DNA from: a virus
Taxonomy: Duplodnaviria; Caudoviricetes
Reading direction: 5' to 3' (one strand)
IMG/VR virus record: IMGVR_UViG_3300012663_000709
Location: 1-24,436 of that record
DNA length: 24,436 nt
The translations under genes and the position numbers were made by a program. Under the pieces are notes generated by a model. That model did not search any database. It was not told where the DNA came from and saw only the letters and a list, made by a program, of their open reading frames with translations. Shown in pieces: positions 5,792 through 14,986 of this stretch (its first letter is position 1; the number at the start of each line of letters is the position of its first letter).

Positions 5792-6534
5792 TCTAAATCA
5801 TCATGCCTGATTTTGGCAAGAATGTAGTCCTTGACCAATGATGAACGGACAATATCATTCACGGTAAACTCAATACGGGTGAAGGCATGCATGTGATCGG
5901 CAATCTCAAAGAATTTCAAAATACCGGTCACATCATTCTTCTTTTTGTTGAGGTCAGTCTGTCTGTAATCACCACACCAAATGATCTTGGAACGATATCC
6001 AACACGTGTCATCACTGTGTCTATCTCCTCGAAGGTCATGTTCTGCATTTCATCCACGATGATAATGGCATCATCAAACGACATACCACGAATGAATGAG
6101 GTTGAAATGAATTCAATATGGCCTTGTTCTTCCAATCTATCCCATGCATCTTTGCGACCAAATAAGGTTTCACAAATCTGCCTGTATGGCTGTTGGTAAA
6201 TCTCCATCTTTTCATTCACATCACCTGGTAAGTGTCCAATCTCACGGGATTGTACTGCTGACCGCACCACAATTATCTTATCGAATGGGTTACTCTTATC
6301 GAGAACCTCTTCTATTGCCTTATACAGAGCACAAAATGTTTTACCTGTACCTGCCACACCATGTAGTGCAACAAAATAATCTCCTCTTTTATATGCATCA
6401 AAGAACAATCTTTGATTCTCCGTTAGTGGTTCGAATGTTTTTAAGTCATCGATTCTTACTTTTAGAGAATTACTGCGTGGTTTGATATCCGCTGAATCAG
6501 ATAACATGATTTTAGTATTTGATTTTCTGGCCAT
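5788..6534 (-). CDS. phoH: PhoH family ATPase
   Basis: Walker A GVAGTGKT, IGHLPG, FIRGMSF, Walker B IIVDEMQN, GDYRQTDL. Start ATG 6534 (TTG 6570 or ATT 6588 also possible). Confidence 0.95.
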   Translation of the reverse strand: MARKSNTKIMLSDSADIKPRSNSLKVRIDDLKTFEPLTENQRLFFDAYKRGDYFVALHGVAGTGKTFCALYKAIEEVLDKSNPFDKIIVVRSAVQSREIGHLPGDVNEKMEIYQQPYRQICETLFGRKDAWDRLEEQGHIEFISTSFIRGMSFDDAIIIVDEMQNMTFEEIDTVMTRVGYRSKIIWCGDYRQTDLNKKKNDVTGILKFFEIADHMHAFTRIEFTVNDIVRSSLVKDYILAKIRHDDLD

Positions 6535-6583
6535 TCTTGGTTTTCTCTCTTTACGGTAATTATTAGGCAATGATGTGTGGGAA

Positions 6584-7018
6584 CTAATGGCTGGCCTCTC
6601 CTTCTTTATAAGTATTGGTGTTGCTTTTCAGATGAGCTTTACGAATCTTGCATGTGACCCAATCATTATAGTAATTGGGTGTAAGCAAACATCCTCTTAC
6701 AAATATTTCATAGGTCTCATAGTAACTACACTCTGTACGATTCTTACAGAAATACAAAACCTCACGAAGGAAACAATCTGCTCCCATCGTGGCTACATCT
6801 TCAATAATTGTTTTGTTTGAACCAAAATAGTTCTGCCAACCTGAATTGACACGGGTTTTCTTTTTCTTCCCGTTAACTTGCCTTGTTGCGGCTTTGGTGA
6901 AGTATTTCCGACCAATGTACTTACGGCCGGTCACTTTGTTTGTGATACAGTAGACATAACCATATTGACCTTCAATCATTTGGTCGGTTACTTCCACTCC
7001 ATTGTAAAACCATGACAT
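6584..7018 (-). CDS. GIY-YIG domain protein conserved in T4-like phages
   Basis: GYVYCITNKVTGRKYIGRK, WQNYFGS, YYE, YYN. Confidence 0.85.
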   Translation of the reverse strand: MSWFYNGVEVTDQMIEGQYGYVYCITNKVTGRKYIGRKYFTKAATRQVNGKKKKTRVNSGWQNYFGSNKTIIEDVATMGADCFLREVLYFCKNRTECSYYETYEIFVRGCLLTPNYYNDWVTCKIRKAHLKSNTNTYKEGEASH

Positions 7019-7183
7019 TTATTCTTCATCTTCAGAATCTGGATCGATAAAATCATCTTCCTCTAAAGCTATATATTCACCACAGAAAGGACAGTGCATT
7101 GGATCACTCTCACATTCTGTTTCGTCATATTGAATTGCAAACTCTGAACCGCAAGATTCACATTGATGATTAACTATTAACAT
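7019..7183 (-). CDS. 54-aa zinc-ribbon protein with acidic tail
   Basis: MLIVNHQCESCGSEFAIQYDETECESDPMHCPFCGEYIALEEDDFIDPDSEDEE; SD GGAGG. Not in ORF track. Confidence 0.85.
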   Translation of the reverse strand: MLIVNHQCESCGSEFAIQYDETECESDPMHCPFCGEYIALEEDDFIDPDSEDEE

Positions 7184-7238
7184 AAATTACCTCCATATAC
7201 TGTTACTTGAGTATATAGACAACATGCGGTTCAGTTTA

Positions 7239-8228
7239 TCAGGATTTACTCCAAACATCGTCCCATGAACCAGACAATGCACCTTTGGCGTAGTCGGTGG
7301 CACGGTTCTCAAAGAAATTGGTGTGTGTTGGTGCATTAATCATTTCTTCAACCCATGGTAGTGGGTTGCGTTTAACTTTGAATATGCCTTTCATACCAAG
7401 ACCAATCAATCTGCGGTCAGCAATGTAACGAATGTATTTCTTCAATTCATCCGATGTTAGGCCTTCCATAGCATTGAAACCAAATGCTAGGTCGATGAAT
7501 TTATCTTCCAATTCGACCATGCGTTCAGCAATGGTGTAAATTGACGATTTCAATTCATCATTCCAAATCTCTTGGTTTTCTGAAATGTATGTCTTAAACA
7601 ACCTCATCATGTTCTCGGCGTGCATTGTTTCATCAACAATAGACCAAGTAACAATCTGTCCCATACCTTTCATCTTGCCAGTGCGTGGGAAGTTCAACAA
7701 CATAACAAAAGAGGAGAACAACTGCATGCCTTCAGTGAAAGCACTGAACACGGCGATATGGCGTGCAGTGTTCTCTTTTGTACCATTCTTACCAGAAATG
7801 TCCATCACATAGTCGTGCTTGTCTTTCATCTCTTGATATGCCATGAATTCGTTATACATTGTTTCTGGCAAACCTAGTGTCTCAATCAGGTGTGAGTATG
7901 CAGCAATGTGTAGTGCTTCACGTGCTGCAAAGCCCAACAACATCATGCGTACTTCTGGTTGTGGGAAATATGGTAGATAGTTGTTTACATAACCACCGGC
8001 AACATCAATGTCACCTTGTGTGAAGAAACGAAAAATGTTTGTGAGAAAATGTTTTTCTTCTGCTGTTAACTTATTCTTCCAATCTTTCACATCTTCATGC
8101 ATTGGCACTTCTGTGTGTAACCAGTGTGATTGTTCGTGTTTTAACCATGCATCATATGCCCATGGGTAATTAAAGGGTTTAAATGAACTGCGTTCGTCAG
8201 TTAGTCGGCTGGGTGTTTTCTTAACCAT
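7239..8228 (-). CDS. nrdB: Ribonucleotide reductase class Ia, beta subunit
   Basis: FFTQGD, EALHIAAY (iron ligands and radical Tyr), EGMQLFSSF, DETMH, NFFENRATDY. Confidence 0.97.
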   Translation of the reverse strand: MVKKTPSRLTDERSSFKPFNYPWAYDAWLKHEQSHWLHTEVPMHEDVKDWKNKLTAEEKHFLTNIFRFFTQGDIDVAGGYVNNYLPYFPQPEVRMMLLGFAAREALHIAAYSHLIETLGLPETMYNEFMAYQEMKDKHDYVMDISGKNGTKENTARHIAVFSAFTEGMQLFSSFVMLLNFPRTGKMKGMGQIVTWSIVDETMHAENMMRLFKTYISENQEIWNDELKSSIYTIAERMVELEDKFIDLAFGFNAMEGLTSDELKKYIRYIADRRLIGLGMKGIFKVKRNPLPWVEEMINAPTHTNFFENRATDYAKGALSGSWDDVWSKS

Positions 8229-8466
8229 TGATCCATTCTTTCACAAGTTGTTCTGATTTTACACCATTCATCCGCTTAAGTACAGTACCATCTTCAATCA
8301 TTACCAATGTTGGAACAGAACGAATGCCGAATTCAATGGCCACATCTGATCGATCATCAATATCAACAACCTCAATTGGGTACGGTGAATCTACATTGTC
8401 TAAAATACTTGCCAATGCTTTACATGGTTGACACCACGATGCGGTAAATCTAATAATCTTTTTCAT
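8221..8466 (-). CDS. Thioredoxin (RNR electron donor)
   Basis: FTASWCQPCK active site and IRSVPT cis-Pro motif; lies between nrdA and nrdB. Confidence 0.92.
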   Translation of the reverse strand: MKKIIRFTASWCQPCKALASILDNVDSPYPIEVVDIDDRSDVAIEFGIRSVPTLVMIEDGTVLKRMNGVKSEQLVKEWING

Positions 8467-8906
8467 TTGTCACACCAACTTTGTTTTGCTTCACCATAGT
8501 ATTCGCGAGCAAATCCATTAGCAATTAGTTGGGCACGTAGGCTCTGTCCATTTAGAATGAGGTCACCCAATACACGACCACCGAATTTATCCCAACTGTA
8601 TAGAATGACTTGTCGCTGTTGGCTGGCGTTAACGAGACCTTTAGTGAAAACGCTAGCGGCTTCACCTCTGGCTTTTTCGCTGTCGCATTGACCTCTAAAT
8701 CCTTTTTCCGGAGTATCGACTCCATAGACTCGCACCGCAAGTTCAGGCTTAAGTGGTTTAGGTAGAAAGGGTGCGGCGATAACAACTGTATCGCCATCCG
8801 TTACTCTAATGATTTGTGCGTCATAGGTAACACCCTGTGGTGTCTTTTGTGCAAATACTGTAACTGATGTTAATGCTAATATAGCAACTATTAATACTTT
8901 TTTCAT
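8463..8906 (-). CDS. Secreted thermonuclease (SNase family)
   Basis: Signal peptide MKKVLIVAILALTSVTVFA; DGDT, RVYGVDTPE and DKFGGRVL catalytic motifs. Confidence 0.92.
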   Translation of the reverse strand: MKKVLIVAILALTSVTVFAQKTPQGVTYDAQIIRVTDGDTVVIAAPFLPKPLKPELAVRVYGVDTPEKGFRGQCDSEKARGEAASVFTKGLVNASQQRQVILYSWDKFGGRVLGDLILNGQSLRAQLIANGFAREYYGEAKQSWCDK

Positions 8907-8920
8907 TTTTTTTCCTTTTG

Positions 8921-10735
8921 TTAACCTTCACAAGCCAAACACTCATTGCCTTGAGCAATGGCACTCATGTCTAATTCTTTAATAACTTCACGCTCAATGC
9001 GTTTCGATACCTTATCGGCCTTGGCCAATTTCTCTGAACGGCAGTAGTACAATGTCTTCAATCCTTTTTTCCATGCCAAGAAATGGCAGGCGTGTAGATA
9101 TTTAACATTTACATCAGGCCTAAAGAACAGGTTTAAACTCTGTGCTTGGTCTATGTATTGTTGACGGTCAGCAGCATGTTCAACAACCCATCGTTGGTCA
9201 ATTTCCATACCAGTTTTGAACACTTCTTTATCGATCTCATTCATCCAAGTTAAGTGTTGAACTGAACCATCGTTCGCAATGATTGAAGACCAAATGTCTG
9301 CATATTCTTGTTCACCCTTTGGTGTCAATGCTGAATCATTTGCATCCAGATGTTTCATAATAACTCTATCCAACCACTTGTTCTTAGTCAAATGTGAACC
9401 ACTCAGTGTGTCTTGCCTGTAAGCATTAGCACGATAAGGCTCAATAGAAGGGCTGGTATTACCCATAATAATAGAAGAACTAGCATTGGGAGCAATAGCC
9501 ATAACGTGAGCAAAGCGGCGACCGGTACCAGCACAATCGGCCGGAGAACCCCTAAGAGTACCAAGATTCGTGTTCGCTTCATCTAGTTTACCTCTGATGT
9601 GTTTGAACATTTGGTTGTTAAGTACTTTGGCCATGACACCCTCGAAAGCAACGCCGTTCCGTTGTAGGTAAGCATGAAAGCCGAGAGCACCAACCCCAAT
9701 GCTACGCTCACGGCTTGCAGAATACTTTGCACGGGAAATTGCATCAGGAGCATTAACGATAAAATATTCAAGAACATTATCAAGCATCTCAGCCATGTCT
9801 CTAAGAAATAACGGGTCATTTTTCCACTCATCATAATACTCCAAGTTAACTGAAGATAAACAACACACAGCTGTGCGGTCTTTGTCAGTTGGTAAAATAA
9901 TCTCACTGCATAAATTTGATTGATTGATTTTCAAACCCAGTTTCTTTTGAAACTCAGGTAGAGCACGATTACTCGTATCAATATAGTGTATATATGGTTC
10001 ACCTGTTAACATACGCATCTCAAGTATGTTTTGCCACAATAGTTTGGCAGAAATTGTATCACGCACCTCACCATTGTGTGGATCTTTTAATTCCCATGTA
10101 TCATCGACATTGGGATCCAACATTGACTTCTCGACCAATTCCATGAAATCATCGGTGATATTGATACCATGATGGAGATTCAGCGTTCGCATATTGGGAT
10201 CACCAGTAGGTTTACGCATCTCTAAAAATATAAGAATATCTGGATGAGAAATGTCAAGGTAAGCAGCATAAGAACCACGGCGAGTACGACCTTGTCTATA
10301 TGCCAAAGACGAAGCATCATAAGTCCTAAGGTGTGGCATGATGCCAGTAGATTTATCATCTGCTGAACGAATGCCTAATCCAATGCCAATACCACCACCT
10401 AACATCGAGAGCCAATTAACTTCTGATAGACAGTTGACAAGGCCTTCAGAGGAATCGTGTAGATAAGGTAAAAAGCATGATATAGGAAGGCCACGCTTAG
10501 AACGCCCAAAACTGAGAATAGGAGTAGAATACGACAACCAATGCTTACTACTATACTCATATAATCTCTGTGCGTGTTCTTTGTTTGTGCCGAACGCAGC
10601 TGAAACATAAGCAAACCTTTCTTGCGGAGAAGTTTCTTCATCCTTCATGTAACTTTCTTTTAATCTTTTTCTACCCAACTCATCGAACAAATTGTCCCGA
10701 GAATAGTCGACCTTTATACCGTGAACGATATCCAT
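8921..10735 (-). CDS. nrdA: Ribonucleotide reductase class I, alpha subunit (no ATP cone)
   Basis: STPILS, ISCFL, SNLCSEI, VCCLSS, APNASSS, DQAQS, KTLYY, C-terminal CLACEG. Confidence 0.97.
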   Translation of the reverse strand: MDIVHGIKVDYSRDNLFDELGRKRLKESYMKDEETSPQERFAYVSAAFGTNKEHAQRLYEYSSKHWLSYSTPILSFGRSKRGLPISCFLPYLHDSSEGLVNCLSEVNWLSMLGGGIGIGLGIRSADDKSTGIMPHLRTYDASSLAYRQGRTRRGSYAAYLDISHPDILIFLEMRKPTGDPNMRTLNLHHGINITDDFMELVEKSMLDPNVDDTWELKDPHNGEVRDTISAKLLWQNILEMRMLTGEPYIHYIDTSNRALPEFQKKLGLKINQSNLCSEIILPTDKDRTAVCCLSSVNLEYYDEWKNDPLFLRDMAEMLDNVLEYFIVNAPDAISRAKYSASRERSIGVGALGFHAYLQRNGVAFEGVMAKVLNNQMFKHIRGKLDEANTNLGTLRGSPADCAGTGRRFAHVMAIAPNASSSIIMGNTSPSIEPYRANAYRQDTLSGSHLTKNKWLDRVIMKHLDANDSALTPKGEQEYADIWSSIIANDGSVQHLTWMNEIDKEVFKTGMEIDQRWVVEHAADRQQYIDQAQSLNLFFRPDVNVKYLHACHFLAWKKGLKTLYYCRSEKLAKADKVSKRIEREVIKELDMSAIAQGNECLACEG

Positions 10736-10750
10736 ATTTACTCCAATTAA

Positions 10751-11443
10751 TTATTTTTGTTCTGTAAACTCATTTGCCATAGGAAATACTTTGGCAATTA
10801 CTTTAGCGCATTCAATCGCAATGTCTCTGTGTTCTTTTTGTGTACCGTTTGCTGAGCGGAGTTGTATGTAGTGAATCCACGAACGCAATGTGCCGTTCAT
10901 GTAGAGGCGACTTACAGTAAGGCCTTCTGGCAATACGGCACGTGCCTGTTCTTTGGCAATACCATTTTTAATAGCCCAAGAGTACTCTTGTTTGACTGAA
11001 AACAATACTCGTTGTTGAGCCCGTTCCCATTCAATGGCCAATAACTTCTGTGCTTCATCACTCATATCCAACTCTACACTGTTTTGTCGATTCTTTGTGT
11101 CTTGCAATCTTGCTTCACGCAACACAAATGCCTCGTCAAGTTCAGCAGTAGGATCAGCATATCGTTGACTAAACTCTTGGAAACTAAAACTACGATGACG
11201 CAAGATTTGTCTTGCAATGTCACGTGTCGTTGTAAGTTCTAAACACAACGATGTGAGTTCCATTGGACTCCAATGTGAATTTTTAATCAAGTAATTAATT
11301 AACTTTTCAGCCGTATCGGTATTGTACTGATTGTTGGGATTTGAAACTCTAGCACAAAATGCAACCATATCCTGCACATCGTTAATTCCTTGGCTTTTCA
11401 TCTCATCAGTTGGTTGTGAATACGATATCAATTTAATTTTCAT
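10751..11443 (-). CDS. thyX: FAD-dependent thymidylate synthase
   Basis: RHRSFSFQEFSQRY ThyX motif, HWSP, EQARAVLP. Start moved to 11443 (MKIKLIS; SD AAGGA). Confidence 0.96.
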   Translation of the reverse strand: MKIKLISYSQPTDEMKSQGINDVQDMVAFCARVSNPNNQYNTDTAEKLINYLIKNSHWSPMELTSLCLELTTTRDIARQILRHRSFSFQEFSQRYADPTAELDEAFVLREARLQDTKNRQNSVELDMSDEAQKLLAIEWERAQQRVLFSVKQEYSWAIKNGIAKEQARAVLPEGLTVSRLYMNGTLRSWIHYIQLRSANGTQKEHRDIAIECAKVIAKVFPMANEFTEQK

Positions 11444-12005
11444 AATACATTCCTTCTTTCCATTCATTTCCAGGAGAAATTTTACTTCGTTTTCTTTTAC
11501 CTTCACTGTTGACCCACCATTTTGTATCTTTCACTTTTTCATTCCATTTTTTCATCATAATTAATTCCTTTTCTCTACTCAAGTTACTTCTTGCTTTTTT
11601 ACCATTCTCTTTAGCCAATATTGGATCAGAATTTATAGCATGTATACCTATTTTATTTTCAACAGTTTTTAAACCAGCTGCCCTACATATTTCTTGTTTA
11701 TATTCTTTTGAAATTTTTTGAAAATTGTGATTTCCACTCTGCCACAGTTCGGATTGATGTTTTGATGCACTTTCACGCAATAAAACATTTTCTTCTTCCG
11801 ATCTATTCATACGAATTAAAATTGCTTGTATTGCACCATAATCATTTTGATCCTTGTGTATTTGTAAATGTTCTTCAATGGTAACAGCCTTTAAATTTTT
11901 TGGATCATTATTTTGATGATTGCCATCTATGTGATGTATTTCATAACCATTTTGTAATTTTTCACCATTATATTTTTCCCATATTTTAACATATTGTTTA
12001 CTCAT
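11433..12005 (-). CDS. Free-standing HNH homing endonuclease
   Basis: EIHHIDGNHQNNDPKNL..VTIEEH..IH; C-terminal TKWWVN..G..KRS..PG.EWKEG module. More AT-rich than its neighbours; start at 12005 (MSKQY). Confidence 0.88.
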   Translation of the reverse strand: MSKQYVKIWEKYNGEKLQNGYEIHHIDGNHQNNDPKNLKAVTIEEHLQIHKDQNDYGAIQAILIRMNRSEEENVLLRESASKHQSELWQSGNHNFQKISKEYKQEICRAAGLKTVENKIGIHAINSDPILAKENGKKARSNLSREKELIMMKKWNEKVKDTKWWVNSEGKRKRSKISPGNEWKEGMYYEN

Positions 12006-12042
12006 AACATTGGACTCCCTTCGAGTGTATATGTTATTTAGT
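12004..12042 (-). promoter_or_regulatory. Late promoter (ACTAAATA) and RBS/start-sequestering hairpin of the HNH gene
   Basis: AUAACAU..ACUC-GAAGG-GAGU..AUGUUAU(G); promoter at 12035-12042 overlaps the 5' arm. Confidence 0.65.
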
Positions 12043-12046
12043 AAAT

Positions 12047-13078
12047 TTATACTTTCTTCCAAAAAATAAATTCAGTTTGTGCCTTTATACCTTTGAATGT
12101 GTTATTACTTATAATATCTTCAATTTCATCAGGTGATAAACCATTCAACACCATCTCATTAATATCTTTGCCATCAACAGTATTTGGCCAAATGACGATA
12201 TTGTGACCTAAAACTATCGCTTCCTGCATCAACTTCGTAATTTCTTTATTGCGTGGTTCATTGTCGTATATCAAGGTAATATTATTTGCCTTAATATTTT
12301 TTATCGATTGATGCAATGACGAATCACCTGATGCCAGACAGTTACTTAGGAACAAGGAATCTAGAGGTCCTTCAACCACTTTAACAGGCTTACTCAAGTC
12401 AACTCTGTCAAGACCAAAGACCATCTTATCGGCATCTTCTTTAATCTTCATTGTCACATATCGTAGTTTGTTATCTGAAGTTTCCAATGCACGACCAGAC
12501 ACACCAATAAGGTCATCATACTCATCATAGAACGGAATTACAAGTCGTGAATCATCGACCAATTTCTTGCCATGATCTGGATTCAAGGCATCCAAAAACT
12601 TTTTATAGTGCTGTGTGAAGAATAATTTATTGTATGATTCTTTTGGTATCATACGGTTTTGTAGATAGGTCAAACAGAAGTGACCTTCGGGTAGTTTACT
12701 GCAAATCTCCGCCTCTGTGAAAGAGGTTTCTTTTTGTAGTTTACCAAATCGTGGAGGTGGTATATCAATGAATGTGACTGATTTGTTTTGCACACCAGTC
12801 TCACCACTTTTATAGTTTTCCATCACATACTCTTTGTATAAAGAGTCATCTAGATTCTTAATTAGATTGCCTAGATTTGTACCGACACTGCAATTGTGGC
12901 AACGATAGAACAAACCATTGCCTTTTTGGTACACGTACCCTCGAGCTTTGCTTTTGTTCCGTTGACTATCACCACAGATAGGGCAAGAGAAATTCCATAG
13001 GTAAGAATCTTTTTGTTTGAAGTTACGCAAACGAGAAGAAACTAATTTAATATATTTTGAGTCTGTGGATATTGTCAT
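12047..13078 (-). CDS. gp61: DNA primase, T4 gp61-like
   Basis: Zn finger CPICGD..CHNC; RLVIPF; TOPRIM motifs VEGPLDSLFL, YDNEPRN, KDINEM. Confidence 0.95.
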   Translation of the reverse strand: MTISTDSKYIKLVSSRLRNFKQKDSYLWNFSCPICGDSQRNKSKARGYVYQKGNGLFYRCHNCSVGTNLGNLIKNLDDSLYKEYVMENYKSGETGVQNKSVTFIDIPPPRFGKLQKETSFTEAEICSKLPEGHFCLTYLQNRMIPKESYNKLFFTQHYKKFLDALNPDHGKKLVDDSRLVIPFYDEYDDLIGVSGRALETSDNKLRYVTMKIKEDADKMVFGLDRVDLSKPVKVVEGPLDSLFLSNCLASGDSSLHQSIKNIKANNITLIYDNEPRNKEITKLMQEAIVLGHNIVIWPNTVDGKDINEMVLNGLSPDEIEDIISNNTFKGIKAQTEFIFWKKV

Positions 13079-13085
13079 AGACCAT

Positions 13086-13114
13086 AATATAACACATCCT
13101 CAAGCGTTTGTCAA
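13086..13114 (-). promoter_or_regulatory. sigma70 promoter TTGACA-N17-TATATT (extended -10) of the primase gene
   Basis: Fills the 40-bp intergenic gap; the -10 ends 7 nt before the ATG. Confidence 0.75.
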
Positions 13115-13118
13115 CTCA

Positions 13119-13559
13119 TCAGAATAGTTTACCTATTAGTTCTGAAACATTGATCTGTGACAACAACCATACGAGCACAACTATGCCGCCGGCGGCCATC
13201 CACTTCCACTCCATAATCTTTTTGAGTTCGTTGTCTTCTTTTTCATTATGTGCTGTAATCTGGGCACGTAGGCCTTTGATTTCATCCATAATTCTGCGCT
13301 CAGTGAGTTCCAACTTGTCAGATAGACTCCTATCGACCGTGGTTATCCTCGAATGTAGGTCTTTAATGTCAGCCACAGTGTCTTGTTTTCTTCTATCCAT
13401 ATCATCGTAGATTTGATTGACCATACGGTCTTGGTTGTCCATTAATCGTTCAATAACTTTATCGAGTTTATCACATAATTGAGTTAACGTTGATACCTGA
13501 GTTTTCAGAATACCAACGTCAACCTTCATGCCAACCGTTTCTTGGTCTATCGGCATCAT
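13119..13559 (-). CDS. Coiled-coil protein with C-terminal TM helix
   Basis: Heptad pattern; hydrophobic tail WKWMAAGGIVVLVWLL. Confidence 0.8.
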   Translation of the reverse strand: MMPIDQETVGMKVDVGILKTQVSTLTQLCDKLDKVIERLMDNQDRMVNQIYDDMDRRKQDTVADIKDLHSRITTVDRSLSDKLELTERRIMDEIKGLRAQITAHNEKEDNELKKIMEWKWMAAGGIVVLVWLLSQINVSELIGKLF

Positions 13560-13762
13560 TTTTTCTCAGGTACCTTGGTGCCTTCTAATTTCTTATGCAC
13601 TTTGATTTTTTTACACACTTGAACTTGTTTGCCAGTTTTTTTATCAATAACTGGTTTACCTGCCCTGTCTAATTTGTCGGTACAAACTTCTTTCATTTTA
13701 GCCTCAGCATACACACCTGTTGCAGCAAAAGCAATAGCAATAGCGGTTAGAATCTTTTTCAT
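13556..13762 (-). CDS. Small secreted Lys-rich protein with two Cys
   Basis: Signal peptide MKKILTAIAIAFAATGVYA; SD AAGGA. Confidence 0.8.
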   Translation of the reverse strand: MKKILTAIAIAFAATGVYAEAKMKEVCTDKLDRAGKPVIDKKTGKQVQVCKKIKVHKKLEGTKVPEKK

Positions 13763-13771
13763 AATACTTCC

Positions 13772-14152
13772 TTAGATAAATGGTTGTGGCGCAGCCGGCG
13801 GCGCAGATTTACCGCCGAAACCTGCTACGACCGGATCTGGCGTGCTTGTTACAGTGAACCCGCCACTAAGTGGTGTTGGTATTGGTGTTGACACGTTTGA
13901 TGCTGAACCTGCTATTTTTTCTTGTGTGCGACCAAATGCTGCGATACCTAGAACGGCACCCATAGCAATGTGAAATAATCCTGCACCCTGCAAAGTCAGT
14001 GGGTTCCATTGTGTAATTGATGAGTCAGTAATTGTTTGTAACAATGACCATGCAATTGGAAATACAACCATGTCCATCATACAAACTACCATATACATCC
14101 AACCCATAGCAGGACGCCATTTTTTTTGCATCCAATCTTCGTCTTTTGTCAT
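13772..14152 (-). CDS. Holin (GTA 3TM-holin-like)
   Basis: WRPAMGW motif and hydrophobic helices; immediately follows the endolysin. Confidence 0.7.
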   Translation of the reverse strand: MTKDEDWMQKKWRPAMGWMYMVVCMMDMVVFPIAWSLLQTITDSSITQWNPLTLQGAGLFHIAMGAVLGIAAFGRTQEKIAGSASNVSTPIPTPLSGGFTVTSTPDPVVAGFGGKSAPPAAPQPFI

Positions 14153-14153
14153 A

Positions 14154-14777
14154 TTAAACTCCTAGTACGTGTAAAGCGTGTTCATAATGTTTAATACGGT
14201 CCTCAAGTCCAATGGTACCGCCGTTGATTCGTTTAGTTAATGTGAGTATATCACCTCTGTCAGCCCATTGGTTTAGGTTGTTTGATTCCCAAAACCAACA
14301 TGCAGATTGTGCTGCACCTTCAAATGTAGCCAAATACTCAGACACTTCTTCTGGTGTAATTTCCAATGAATCCGCAAATGCTGTGTAGTTTTGTTTGCCT
14401 GTCAATTGAATTAGACCGCGACCACAATATCTGTAACCATCACCAGAGGCTTCATTACCATTGCCCATACGATTAGCATAGACGCGATTAGCAATAGCTT
14501 CTTGTTTGTTCGGCAGTGAACAGTATTGATTTGCAATCGAATCATCAGTGAAATACTTTGGAAAGATTTTACGTAGTGTAGCAGGACGATAGTTTAAATT
14601 CTCTTTGAGTACCATAAAACCACCAGATTCGTGAGCACACTGAGCAACAAATGCTGCGATTCTTTGTGGTGTATTAATCTCATACTCTGGCAATAATTTT
14701 TGAAGTGCATCGTACCAATAATCAAGATAAGGATTTTTTGGTAGTAGTTGTTTTAATTGTTCTTTAGTTAGTTCCAT
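14154..14777 (-). CDS. Endolysin, glycoside hydrolase family 19
   Basis: AQCAHESGGF..ENLNY, YCGRGLIQLTG, INGG. Confidence 0.92.
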   Translation of the reverse strand: MELTKEQLKQLLPKNPYLDYWYDALQKLLPEYEINTPQRIAAFVAQCAHESGGFMVLKENLNYRPATLRKIFPKYFTDDSIANQYCSLPNKQEAIANRVYANRMGNGNEASGDGYRYCGRGLIQLTGKQNYTAFADSLEITPEEVSEYLATFEGAAQSACWFWESNNLNQWADRGDILTLTKRINGGTIGLEDRIKHYEHALHVLGV

Positions 14778-14785
14778 TTTTCACC

Positions 14786-14986
14786 TCAAATTAATAGTGC
14801 TACATTGCACGCTTGTACGATATAACGGAATGTTTCTTCATTGTCTGCACATTCTTGAGCAGCACGCACATCACGAATCTCATTAATGAGATAATTTCTT
14901 TCTTCTTCATTAATGTTACCTAGTTGACATTGTTCAACTATGGCCTGTATTTCTTGTTCTAGTGGATGCATTATCTTCCTCTCCAT
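14786..14986 (-). CDS. Small acidic hypothetical protein
   Basis: 66-aa ORF in operon; start may be MHPLE at 14971 (TAATG coupling). Confidence 0.7.
   Translation of the reverse strand: MERKIMHPLEQEIQAIVEQCQLGNINEEERNYLINEIRDVRAAQECADNEETFRYIVQACNVALLI

Noticed and set aside
7195-7216. ATATACT/AGTATAT inverted repeat next to the SD of the Zn-ribbon gene
   Set aside because: 7-bp AT-rich stem that is weak and does not cover the SD.
7239-13078. Group I intron or intein in nrdA, nrdB, thyX or primase
   Set aside because: All four frames are continuous and of normal length; the HNH gene is intergenic.
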